28,590 nucleotides of DNA. Origin: Cyanobacteria bacterium J06626_4 (GTDB lineage Bacteria; Cyanobacteriota; Cyanobacteriia; Phormidesmidales; Phormidesmidaceae). Positions 1 through 9,023 of this stretch are shown piece after piece. Position numbers and translations under genes: made by a program. The DNA lies in NCBI GenBank assembly GCA_038523235.1, contig JBCBJQ010000072.1, positions 1-28,590 on the forward strand. Direction: 5' to 3'. The notes beneath the pieces are model-generated. The model was not told the DNA's origin, made no database searches, and worked only from the letters and a program-made list of their open reading frames with translations. Positions within the stretch are counted from its first letter, which is position 1. Every line of letters begins with the position of its first letter.

Positions 1-208
1 TAAGTGCTTAGAACTATCGCTAGCTCTAGCTTACAGAGATGGAACTTTTTCTCAATCTTTTAGTTGCACATCGCGTTCATAGCAATGGGATAGAATTTTG
101 CGGAAGTGAGCGGAGTGGATCAACAGATTCATTCCCTCAAGTTTGGTGCAGCCTGTTCTACCCAGATTCATAGTCTGATCCAGCAATGCCTTGAGCCGAG
201 GCTATCCT

Positions 209-1159
209 TCATGCTGGCCTGTCCCCACCCGTGGTGGCCCAAACGACGCAATTGCGGCCGTTTCGTTTGGCTTTATAAAGATGGCGATCGCCTTCAATCA
301 GCATAGTGTCCAAGTCGACTGGCCCTTGATTAGCCCAACAAACCACACCAATGCTCACTGTAATGACAATTGAGCTGCCCCCGTAGAACATGGGTGTCAA
401 TTCCACCGATTGCCGAATGCGCTCAGCTATCTGGCAAGCATTTTTGGCCTGGGCACCCGCCAGCACTACGGCAAACTCTTCGCCGCCGAGGCGCACCAGC
501 TCGTCATGATGACGAATGATTTGAGAGACTACTTTGACAAGATGCACTAAGATAGCGTCTCCCACATCGTGGCCATAGGTATCGTTGATCCGCTTGAAAT
601 GATCCAGGTCAAGGATCAATAAACTGCCGACATGGCCCTTTTGGGCAAAGGCCTCAGGGGCTTTGAGAGACAACACTCGCCGATTGCTACAGCCCGTTAG
701 CGGATCGGTATAGGCCATACGCTTCAGCGCTGCCGATTGTTGTTCTAACAATTTCTGGCTTTCTTCCAACCGTCGGTTCGTCACACTCACCTCGGTAATG
801 TCGTGCATGATGCCAACCAGAAACATTTGACCGCTGGGCAAAGTCAGTCGGCTCTTGCGAATGATCATCTCTCTAGGCTCTGAGTCAGCCCGCAAGACGG
901 TTTCCAAGGCTTCGTCAATCTCCGCCGACGCAAGCACCCGCAAATCGCTTGCGTTGCATTGAACCGACTGGCGTTCGCTAAAAATGTGCTGATCAAGCTT
1001 GCCGATCAAGTCTTCTCGGCGCACCCCAAATAGATCTTCAAAGGCCTGATTCGCCAGAACATATCGCAGCTCCGTATCTTTCATGAATACTGGATTGGGC
1101 AAAGTATTGAGGATTTCCATCTGCAGGAAATCAATATCCAGAAAAATACGATTTTTCAT
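209..1159 (-). CDS. PAS-GGDEF diguanylate cyclase
   Basis: N-terminal PAS-like segment (LPNPVFMKD...ANQAFEDLFG...LIGK), coiled-coil linker, TDPLTG, LDLDHFKRINDTYGHDVGD, intact GGEEF with RxxD I-site (RHHD) five residues upstream, LYKAKRNGRN. Confidence 0.93.
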   Translation of the reverse strand: MKNRIFLDIDFLQMEILNTLPNPVFMKDTELRYVLANQAFEDLFGVRREDLIGKLDQHIFSERQSVQCNASDLRVLASAEIDEALETVLRADSEPREMIIRKSRLTLPSGQMFLVGIMHDITEVSVTNRRLEESQKLLEQQSAALKRMAYTDPLTGCSNRRVLSLKAPEAFAQKGHVGSLLILDLDHFKRINDTYGHDVGDAILVHLVKVVSQIIRHHDELVRLGGEEFAVVLAGAQAKNACQIAERIRQSVELTPMFYGGSSIVITVSIGVVCWANQGPVDLDTMLIEGDRHLYKAKRNGRNCVVWATTGGDRPA

Positions 1160-1458
1160 TTGAACGCATCGTCCTCAGGCCCCGATCTAAAGCATTCCCA
1201 CACCAACTCACTCAAGCAAAATCAATGATCCAAAAATCGCGGTCTGCTTGTATCCCTTGTCGTATTACCAGCGATTCACTTGGGGACGGCCAAAAACAGC
1301 TCTAAATCTTATGAGTCAGTGTTTATAGCCAAGGCATCAAACTTTTTGAAGTGGAACTGATACTGCTCGGTACACTATCGTCGAACACGCGCTGTTAGCC
1401 ACAAGTCCAATCACATCAAATGGCTACAGTCCTATCAACATTAAAGTTGAGCCCTCCC

Positions 1459-1586
1459 TTCTAAGTAGCTGGGCTAATTCAAATGTAGGATGGGTTAGCG
1501 ATAGCGTAACCCATGCGGGCGTTGGGTTTCGTCCCTCAACCTCAACCTACAGTGTCTTACGTTTAATTGGAACTTCCTACTTAGAA
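1459..1586. mobile_element. MITE-like element with 10-bp terminal inverted repeats enclosing a GTAG-type REP doublet
   Basis: TTCTAAGTAG (1459-1468) / CTACTTAGAA (1577-1586); inside TGTAGG...CCTACA (1484-1551) with hairpin ATGGGTTA-GCGATAGCG-TAACCCAT and a second degenerate hairpin GTTGGGTT...AACCTCAAC. Confidence 0.7.
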
Positions 1587-1595
1587 ATATTTGAT

Positions 1596-1634
1596 AGAGA
1601 TTTTGCTGCGCATTAAATGCGCAGCAAAATCTCT
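1596..1634. repeat. Perfect 19-bp inverted repeat with 1-nt spacer
   Basis: AGAGATTTTGCTGCGCATT-A-AATGCGCAGCAAAATCTCT read directly. Confidence 0.9.
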
Positions 1635-2048
1635 TCCGCAATAGAATCCGCTCTACAAAATGAGCATCAGCAAAGAGTCCTACACCAGATCTGCAAAGTA
1701 GCGCTACAGGCCGGAGATCCCCCGCTGTCGCTGCCCGCTTGTTGAAGGGGGCTACACACTTGTTGATGTGCAGTCCAAATTCAGCGAATTGGCATTAATT
1801 AACCGATACTGTGGGGCATGTGGTGATGGGATGAGCCCAAAACAGAGCCTCAACGACGCCAAGCTGCCTTTGAGTGGGCGATCGCCCAGCATTAAAATTT
1901 ACAGATAACTGGTTAAGCACAAAGCAGCCCAAAAATGATGATGTGAAGAACTATATAGGCTGCGGCTGCCGGATGGAGGGTGATAGAAAGGGCGAATGGC
2001 GCTCATTAAGCTCGGATTTCTCCAATTGGCCAACCCTAGTTTCAGCGC

Positions 2049-2225
2049 CTAGTCCACCACGCGGAGTCGACCCTGATGCAGGGCTTCATAAACGCGATCT
2101 AACAGATCTTTGTCCGTTGGCGATAGTCCGCCCTCTAAAAACGAGCACATCAAGCGCTGCTGATCATCACGGGTGATGCGACGGGTCGTAAAGATTTTAT
2201 CAATGGTTGCTTCGAGGTTGATCAT
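2049..2225 (-). CDS. Small conserved cyanobacterial hypothetical protein (~58 aa)
   Basis: Pattern I..IF....ITR.DQ..LM..L....LS..D...L.RVYEAL..GRLRVVD resembles a common cyanobacterial small-protein family; AGGAG upstream; start could be GTG 2237, TTG 2231 or ATG 2225. Confidence 0.7.
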   Translation of the reverse strand: MINLEATIDKIFTTRRITRDDQQRLMCSFLEGGLSPTDKDLLDRVYEALHQGRLRVVD

Positions 2226-2577
2226 AATCAAGGGCACTCCTGATTTACCGTACTGAGAAGAGGGACTTTGATAAAAAGGGCGATCGCGCTAATTGTTTCG
2301 AGCGGCGCTCGGCCCTAGGCGCAGCACTCAAGGCTACGCTAATGCGGACTGCTCAAGCGACCCAGGCGATTGCGGGCGTTAATATCGCGTCTATTTCACC
2401 GTAATGGGTTTATCTTTGCGGCTGCATCGGTGTTCGCCGTGATTTTCTGCTGCGAGATTGTAAAGTAAGCAGAGTCAGGGCTGAGGATATACGGATCACC
2501 GGGTTTTGCCGAGGCATGGGGGCAGCGTGACACTCTGAATATCCGAACTTCCAAGCGGTTTGCTTAGATTGCCCCAA

Positions 2578-2612
2578 AGCAAAGCCGGGGACGCGATCAC
2601 ATCCCCGGCTTT
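2578..2612 (-). terminator. Intrinsic terminator downstream of rpe
   Basis: AAAGCCGGGGA (2581-2591) / TCCCCGGCTTT (2602-2612) stem, 30 nt past the rpe stop, followed by TTTGCTTT on the minus strand. Confidence 0.7.
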
Positions 2613-2641
2613 AATGAAGAATTCAGATTTACGCAGCTAAC

Positions 2642-3352
2642 TTAGACAACGGCTAGCTCAGGCGTCGCCGAGCCTTTGCTATTGCGAATGCCTTCGATTG
2701 CCTGGCCGTAGTCAGGCGCTTTGAACACAGCGGAGCCCGCCACAATCGCGTTCGCCCCGGCGTCGATAACCTGCCAAGCATTATTGGGCTTGAGGCCACC
2801 GTCCACTTCAATCCAGGGGTCTAAACCACGCTCATCACACATTTGACGCAGCTTTTGAATCTTGGGCACGACGCCAGGAATAAACTTCTGACCGCCAAAG
2901 CCGGGATTGACGCTCATGATCAAGATCAAATCGCACAGCTCTAGAACGTGTTCGATCAATTCCAGCGGTGTACCAGGGTTGAGCACCACGCCCGCTTGCT
3001 TGCCCAACTCGCGAATTTGGCCTAAGGTCCGGTGCAGGTGAGGAGACGCATTGTGCTCAGCATGGACAGAGATAATATCAGCACCCGCTTTGGCAAAATC
3101 TTCGACGTACTTCTCGGGTTCCACAATCATCAGGTGAACGTCTAAGGGCTTTTGCGTCACTGGACGCAGCGCCTCAACGATCAGCGGGCCGATGGTGATA
3201 TTCGGGACGAAACGACCATCCATGACGTCAACATGAATCCAATCGGCGCCGGCTTCATCAATGGCGCGAACCTCATCACCCAGCCGACTAAAGTCAGCCG
3301 ACAAAATTGATGGTGAAACAACAACTGATTTTTGGGACTGGGTATGAACCAT
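2642..3352 (-). CDS. rpe: Ribulose-phosphate 3-epimerase
   Basis: [66 protein letters not shown] upstream. Confidence 0.98.
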   Translation of the reverse strand: MVHTQSQKSVVVSPSILSADFSRLGDEVRAIDEAGADWIHVDVMDGRFVPNITIGPLIVEALRPVTQKPLDVHLMIVEPEKYVEDFAKAGADIISVHAEHNASPHLHRTLGQIRELGKQAGVVLNPGTPLELIEHVLELCDLILIMSVNPGFGGQKFIPGVVPKIQKLRQMCDERGLDPWIEVDGGLKPNNAWQVIDAGANAIVAGSAVFKAPDYGQAIEGIRNSKGSATPELAVV

Positions 3353-3677
3353 AGCGGGAGGTTACTCCTAAATGCTTTAGTAGTTATCGTAACAAAATCT
3401 TCAACTTTTTAACAGATCTTATCGCCTTGATTTTGAGTTCATTTATCAACTGCTTACGCTTTAATGAAATCAGTTCATGGTGACCGCAAAAGGCGGACGG
3501 TGGTGGCCAGTAGCCGTGTCATAAGGACTGCTCGGGCTACGGATTGCTGTTATGAAGCGATGACAGATTGCCAACGATTTCTCTGATTCGACTGGCTAAA
3601 GATCGCACCGAGTGCCCTTTATTTAAGTCAATATTTACTCAGCCAGCCCTATTAATGCTCGGGAGTTTGAAGTCTGC

Positions 3678-5339
3678 ATGTATTCATCAAAACTGGCCGC
3701 TCTTTTACGCGCCTGGCGAGTTCCCTGTTTTGTCGCGTTAGGAGCCGTAGGTGTTGGATTGCCAGCCTTAGCGCTATCCAACTCCGTCGGAGAGGAGGGC
3801 ATTGACGCTCGGCGATTGCACCGGGAGCCATATTTGTTGACGGGGCGTAAGATTGCGATCGGTCAGGTGGAGATTGGCCGCCCCAGTCAGTTTGGTCTCG
3901 ACAAGGTGGCGGATGCCGATCTGCCGGTGAAGGTAGGCCGCGTCTTTTACCTTGATCAGCAACCAAGTCCCAATCAGTATGTGGATGGTCACGCCGCCAA
4001 TGTCGCCAGCGTCATGATTAGCCAGGATAAAACGCTGACCGGGGTGGCCCCTGACGCCGTGTTGTATGCCGCTGCCATTGGGCCGATTCGGGGCCGGAGT
4101 GGGCAGCCAGAGGAATGCTTTGCCTCGCAGCAGGTGGCTTTGAGCAACGGTGGCGATGTGCGGGCGATTAATTTCAGCTTTGGTGAATCGTTAGCCCGCG
4201 ACCCGCGACCCGACGCGATGTTAGATGGCAATGCCCTGCTGACGCTCTGTATTGACTGGTCACAGCGGGTGCACGACACGCTCTATGTGATTGCGGGCAA
4301 TCAGGGGGGCGGCGGCATTCCGATTCCGACTGACAACTTTAATGGCATCAACGTGGCCTACTCGCGCGAGGTGGATGGCCGCTTCACCAAGGTTGATTTT
4401 GCCAACCTCAGCAGCGAACCAGACTTTCGCCCGCAGCGATCGCCCGGCCCGGAGAGCAATGTCGGCGATCGCCGGTCGATTAATCTGGTGGCCCCCGGCA
4501 GCCAAATCGACGTGATTAACCCTAATGGCGAGTCGCGGGTGGTCAGTGGCACGAGTTTTGCCGCGCCCCATGTCACCGCCGTGGTTGCTCTGCTGCAGGA
4601 ATGGGCCGATCGCCAAATTCGCTCAGCCGATCAGAATTGGAGCCTGGATGCGCGCGAGCCCATGGTGATGAAGGCGGTGCTGCTCAACTCGGCTGACAAG
4701 CTCGCCGATTCGGGCAATGGCCTGCTGTTGGGCATGTCGCGCACCCTCTATGACGAAAGCAATCTGACCTGGCTCGACTCCGATGCCTATCGCGACCCGA
4801 CTCGCCCCCTGCACAGTGACTTGGGTACCGGTCATTTGAATGCCTCTCGGGCCTTGCAGCAGCTGCAGGGGGGACAGTGGTCAGTCGCTGACCCTGTGCC
4901 CGTCATCGGTTGGAGCTTTGGCACCGCCGAGTCGCCGTTACCGCCCGATCTGCCGAGAACTGAGACAGCCGTTTTGCAGCGAGATTACGTCTTTGACCAG
5001 CCGTTGCGGGGGGGTAGCTACCTCTCAGCGACGCTGACGTGGGAGCGGCTGGTCGTCTTGGATGATGCCAACGACAACGGGCTCTATGATTTGGAAGAGA
5101 CCTTTAGAGATCGCGGACTCAACAACTTAGACCTGTATTTGATGCGGGCTGAGGACGACGATATTGCGGATAGCGTCTGGTCTTCAATCAGTGAGGTCGA
5201 TAGCCTAGAGCATATTTTTACCCAAGTGCCCACGACGGGACAGTACAAGCTGCGGGTGGTGTATCGCCAGCAAATCGAAGACGATTTAGCCCAAGATTAT
5301 GCCTTGGCCTGGTGGGCGGTGGCCGATACGGCTGAATAA
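3678..5339 (+). CDS. S8 (subtilisin-like) serine peptidase with N-terminal signal/anchor
   Basis: Hydrophobic N-terminus; GQVEIG (Glu at catalytic-acid position), DGHAANVA (His), IAGN (oxyanion Asn), SGTSFAAPHV (Ser), KAVLLNSA; C-terminal beta domain with DANDNG Ca-loop and NNLDLYL. Confidence 0.9.
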   Translation: MYSSKLAALLRAWRVPCFVALGAVGVGLPALALSNSVGEEGIDARRLHREPYLLTGRKIAIGQVEIGRPSQFGLDKVADADLPVKVGRVFYLDQQPSPNQYVDGHAANVASVMISQDKTLTGVAPDAVLYAAAIGPIRGRSGQPEECFASQQVALSNGGDVRAINFSFGESLARDPRPDAMLDGNALLTLCIDWSQRVHDTLYVIAGNQGGGGIPIPTDNFNGINVAYSREVDGRFTKVDFANLSSEPDFRPQRSPGPESNVGDRRSINLVAPGSQIDVINPNGESRVVSGTSFAAPHVTAVVALLQEWADRQIRSADQNWSLDAREPMVMKAVLLNSADKLADSGNGLLLGMSRTLYDESNLTWLDSDAYRDPTRPLHSDLGTGHLNASRALQQLQGGQWSVADPVPVIGWSFGTAESPLPPDLPRTETAVLQRDYVFDQPLRGGSYLSATLTWERLVVLDDANDNGLYDLEETFRDRGLNNLDLYLMRAEDDDIADSVWSSISEVDSLEHIFTQVPTTGQYKLRVVYRQQIEDDLAQDYALAWWAVADTAE

Positions 5340-5563
5340 CTCACTGAGTGATGGACAGGTTCCAGTCGCGGGCGAAGACGCGGGTTTTTGTTACGGTAAG
5401 TCAAACGGGCAGGTGGCGAGGCACAGGAAACTCTTTCAGGGCTCACCGGGCGATCGCTCCGAAGTCTAGCCGCGACGCCAACCCAACCAACCCGGCTCAA
5501 CCGCCCGATGAACCTACGGCAAGGCGATCGCCCGCCGTTACTTTGATTTCTCTGTGACCCCTT

Positions 5564-5857
5564 ATGCGCTTGTTATTTCAAGGTTATCGCCGTCTATTGA
5601 CTAATCCCAAGTACAGCATTTGGGTGATCTTGGCGTCGCTGCTGTACCTCATCAGTCCCATTGATCTGTCACCGGATTTGATTCCGCTGCTGGGACAGAT
5701 TGATGACGTGGCCCTGATCGTGCTAATGGTATCGGCGGCGGGTCAATGGCTCACTCAGCAGGGGCTCAACGGTCAGGCCGCAGCCAACGCGCAGGAAGAA
5801 GATGATGATTCCATCAAAACCACAGTGGATGTCAAGGCTGTGGAGATCGATGGGTAA
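5564..5857 (+). CDS. YkvA/DUF1232 family membrane protein
   Basis: Signature YLISPIDLSPDLIPLLGQIDD. Confidence 0.92.
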   Translation: MRLLFQGYRRLLTNPKYSIWVILASLLYLISPIDLSPDLIPLLGQIDDVALIVLMVSAAGQWLTQQGLNGQAAANAQEEDDDSIKTTVDVKAVEIDG

Positions 5858-6061
5858 CCGTTGTCCCCAGGTCTTACCGGAGGTTGCAGGATCAAGCTGG
5901 ATAGAACTACAGCGGCTTACCGCGCGATTTATGGCGAGCCGCAGTCAGGTTTGGACAGTATAAATCGCCGGATCGCTGGCGGCAAGACCCTTCCCTGCAT
6001 CTTGAACCCGGCACCTTTCGACCCTCTGCCATACCTCATATCGCATGGTTTAACGGCTGGC

Positions 6062-7720
6062 TTAACTCACCCCGATGGTGCAGCTGGTCAAGGGTTCCTT
6101 TTGTAGCATCAGGCCATATTCCAACCCTTCGGCGACAGCCTGATAAGACGCTTCGATGATGTTGTCAGAGACCCCCAGCGTCGTCCATCGCTGCTGACCG
6201 TTGCTCGATTCGATCAGCACGCGCGTCTTGGCATCGGTGCCCGCGCGCCCGTCTAAAATGCGCACCTTGTAGTCGCTCAGCTGAAACTCCGCGATCGCCG
6301 GATAAAAGTTGGCCAACGCCTTGCGCAGGGCCTTATCGAGCGCCGAGACGGGGCCGCTGCCTTCTGCCGCCTCCAGAATTTCCTGCTCATTGATCCGGAG
6401 TTTGACGGTCGCTAGCGATCGCGTTTTCCAATCGGCTTCTGAGGGCAGATTGTCACAATGCACCTGAAAACCTCGCAGGGCAAAAAAGCGGGGCCGCTGT
6501 CCCAAGATCTCTCGCATCAACAGCTCAAAACTCGCTTCGGCAGCTTCAAACTGATAGCCTTCGCTTTCTAGTTCTTTGAGCCGGTTGAGTAACTGGCGAG
6601 AGGCGACATCCTGCTTGTGCAGCTCAATGCCAAAGCTGCGAGCCTTAGCCAAAATGTTGCTGAGTCCCGATTGATCTGAGACGACAATGCGGCGACAGTT
6701 CCCAATCGCAGCGGGGACAATGTGCTCGTAGGTTTTCGGATTTTTTTCGACGGCGCTGACGTGAATGCCGCCCTTGTGGGCAAAGGCTGACAGGCCGACA
6801 AACGGCGCATGCTCGTCGGGGGCGAGGTTGACCAGTTCACTCACCAATCGGCTGGTCTCGGTTAAAGACTGGAGCTGTTGGGGCGCAAGGCAGGGGCGAT
6901 CGAGCTTGAGCTGCAGGTTGGGAATCACCGCACACAGGTTGGCATTACCGCAGCGCTCGCCATAGCCATTCATCGTGCCCTGCACCATCTCTGCCCCTTC
7001 AAGGACTGCGGCCAGGGCATTGGCAGTGGCCATATCCGCATCGTTGTGGGTGTGAATGCCCAGGCGCGGCTGATGGGGCACCGGGCTGGGTTGGCGATCA
7101 AGCCAGTGCCGCACCGCTTGCACAATTTGGCTGACTTCGTGGGGGAGAGTGCCGCCGTTGGTGTCACACAGCACTAGCCATTCGGCCCCGGCGTCAAGGG
7201 CGCTGGCCAGCGTCTGCAGCGCATAGTCAGGATTCGCCTTGTAGCCGTCAAACCAATGCTCCGCATCGTAGATCACTCGCCGCCCCTGCTCCCGCAAAAA
7301 CGCGATCGTGTCGCCGATCATGGCCAGGTTTTCCTCGAGGGTGGTCTGCAAGCTGTCAGCGACATGCAGATCCCACGATTTGCCAAAGAGGGTGACCCAG
7401 CGGGTACCCGCTGCGAGAATCGCCTGCAGCATGGGGTCAGTGGCCGCTTGCTTGCCGGGGCGACGGGTCGAACAAAAGGCTACCACCTCGGCCTGCCGCA
7501 GGGGTTCTTCTTTGAGCTGCCAAAAAAATTGCACGTCTTTAGGATTGGCCCCCGGCCAGCCGCCCTCAATAAAGGGAATGCCCAAATCATCGAGCTTGTG
7601 CGCGATGCGCAGTTTGTCTTCAATCGACAGAGACAACCCTTCGCGCTGCGCCCCATCGCGTAGCGTGGTGTCATAGATCCAAACGGCGGGCGGAGCAGCA
7701 GACTCAGCAGCAGAGGTCAT
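6062..7720 (-). CDS. cimA: Citramalate synthase (DRE-TIM, LeuA-like, with regulatory domain)
   Basis: YDTTLRDGAQREG, EGGWPGANPKD, YDAEHWFDGY, HTHND, GYGERCGNANL, AFAHKGGIH, GYQFEAAEASFEL, GPVSALDKALRKAL, DYKVRIL. Confidence 0.93.
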   Translation of the reverse strand: MTSAAESAAPPAVWIYDTTLRDGAQREGLSLSIEDKLRIAHKLDDLGIPFIEGGWPGANPKDVQFFWQLKEEPLRQAEVVAFCSTRRPGKQAATDPMLQAILAAGTRWVTLFGKSWDLHVADSLQTTLEENLAMIGDTIAFLREQGRRVIYDAEHWFDGYKANPDYALQTLASALDAGAEWLVLCDTNGGTLPHEVSQIVQAVRHWLDRQPSPVPHQPRLGIHTHNDADMATANALAAVLEGAEMVQGTMNGYGERCGNANLCAVIPNLQLKLDRPCLAPQQLQSLTETSRLVSELVNLAPDEHAPFVGLSAFAHKGGIHVSAVEKNPKTYEHIVPAAIGNCRRIVVSDQSGLSNILAKARSFGIELHKQDVASRQLLNRLKELESEGYQFEAAEASFELLMREILGQRPRFFALRGFQVHCDNLPSEADWKTRSLATVKLRINEQEILEAAEGSGPVSALDKALRKALANFYPAIAEFQLSDYKVRILDGRAGTDAKTRVLIESSNGQQRWTTLGVSDNIIEASYQAVAEGLEYGLMLQKEPLTSCTIGVS

Positions 7721-7973
7721 GGGCGATCGCAGGGATAGTTAGCTCAAGGTGACAATCGGCATTGACTAGCGTAAATGCTCTGTCACCATCTTATCGAGGG
7801 ACTGGCCGACTGCAGCGGCGAGGTTGAGGGGCCGTTGCCCGTCAATGGTCGCCCCCCTGAACTGAGAAGGTTAGCATCTCTCTCAACCCTGACCGCAACC
7901 CGGCTATTGTGTGGACGTGAGCACAGCGCAGCGCCCCGGTGGCAGGCCCGCTTAAACATTCACAAACAGGCTC

Positions 7974-8002
7974 TAGACACTTCTGTATTACGAGTGTAGT
8001 AT
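7974..8002 (+). promoter_or_regulatory. Putative sigma70-type promoter for the 8068 ORF
   Basis: TAGACA (7974-7979), 17-nt spacer, TAGTAT (7997-8002). Confidence 0.45.
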
Positions 8003-8067
8003 TGACGCATCAACGCAACCGTGCCCAGCATTCCTATTTGAGAATGCGCTTTATGGAGACTGGTGCC

Positions 8068-8337
8068 ATGCTGAATCTACTAACTCAATGGACTTGCATC
8101 CGCACTCGCAACGTGGGCGATCGCGCCACCGGATGCCTGCCTGGCGTAGCATTCAGCAGCGGTCTTATGAGCGTTGTCCGAATTAGCCTACAGGGACTTC
8201 ATGGCCCTGAGCGGCCCACACCCCTGAGCGAGCGTGGCCAGACGCTAGGCAATGCCTCCATACACGGGTTGCCGGGCACTGACCGGAGCCAGAGCGACCA
8301 TTATTGGTGGATCGCGAGCGCTCTGCCACAGTGCTAG
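8068..8337 (+). CDS. Small hypothetical protein (89 aa), possible leader peptide
   Basis: Part of ORF 7939..8337; ATG 8068 preceded by GGAGA (8055-8059) and a good promoter match; ends ...GTDRSQSDHYWWIASALPQC. Confidence 0.55.
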   Translation: MLNLLTQWTCIRTRNVGDRATGCLPGVAFSSGLMSVVRISLQGLHGPERPTPLSERGQTLGNASIHGLPGTDRSQSDHYWWIASALPQC

Positions 8338-8635
8338 CCAACTGCATTTAAATCAGCGGGTTTTGGCGCTTTTGCTGAGTTAGCAAAAGCCCGTTCAAAG
8401 CCAACGCGACTCATAGTTCACAGCGCGATCGCGGTGCCCCAGCCCAGTGGGTTGAGGCGAGGCCGGGAGCGATCGCCGCCCATGATGAATCACCAGCTCT
8501 GTTTGCTGCAGGCAAATAGCTTTGGCTGGGTTCAGCGTGACGGCATTGGCAGCAAGAACTAAAGTTTGCGACCCAGGTTTCTAACCAAGATTTTTGACCG
8601 GAATTTGTCTCCAGGTATTTTTATCGGATATCTCC

Positions 8636-9016
8636 ATGTTGAAAGTGACTTACACTGACACGGGCCTCTGCCTTGAATATTGCCCCACCCCCCTCAATCT
8701 GCTGCTGAGTGATCGCGTTTGCACCTATGCCCATGCGCAGCGAGCGATTACAGTGCAGCCGATTCGAGCTAGCATTCCGCTCCCGGCGACGCTGATTGAT
8801 CGGCAATTAGGGGAGCAGTTGCAGGCGTTAGACTTCACGCGCTGCGATCGCGACTGGTGGGAAATCACCCTATCGGGGCTGTGGATTACGGAAGGGCCAA
8901 ACCCAGATATCGGCATCTTTATGGCTGAGTTTGATCCCCGGCTAGAGCAGCGCCTTTGGCGGCTCTGGCAGCTTTCTCAAGCATCACGAGGCATTTCGGC
9001 GATGGGCACGTTCTAA
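8636..9016 (+). CDS. alr0857-family cyanobacterial hypothetical protein
   Basis: Starts MLKVTYTDTGLCLE, with ASIPLP, CD, ITLSGLWI, GIFMAEF..RLE..LWRLWQ pattern typical of this family as I recall it; ATG 8636 preferred over TTG 8594. Confidence 0.75.
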   Translation: MLKVTYTDTGLCLEYCPTPLNLLLSDRVCTYAHAQRAITVQPIRASIPLPATLIDRQLGEQLQALDFTRCDRDWWEITLSGLWITEGPNPDIGIFMAEFDPRLEQRLWRLWQLSQASRGISAMGTF

Positions 9017-9023
9017 TCCCGAT

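Noticed and set aside
72..145. Resemblance to the glnA (glutamine) riboswitch: CGTTCAT...CGGAAGT followed by a hairpin
   Set aside because: The 3' GAAGGAACG needed to close P1 is absent, and the next gene on this strand side is convergent, so there is nothing to regulate.
3652..7676. Short overlapping ORFs inside the S8 peptidase and cimA, plus 5348..5557 and 5861..6106
   Set aside because: They overlap well-supported genes or lack protein-like composition and start signals.
7748..7787. Imperfect inverted repeat GGTGACA...TGTCACC upstream of cimA as an attenuator
   Set aside because: No leader peptide with Ile/Leu/Val runs and no U-tract; it probably overlaps the transcription start; too weak to call.
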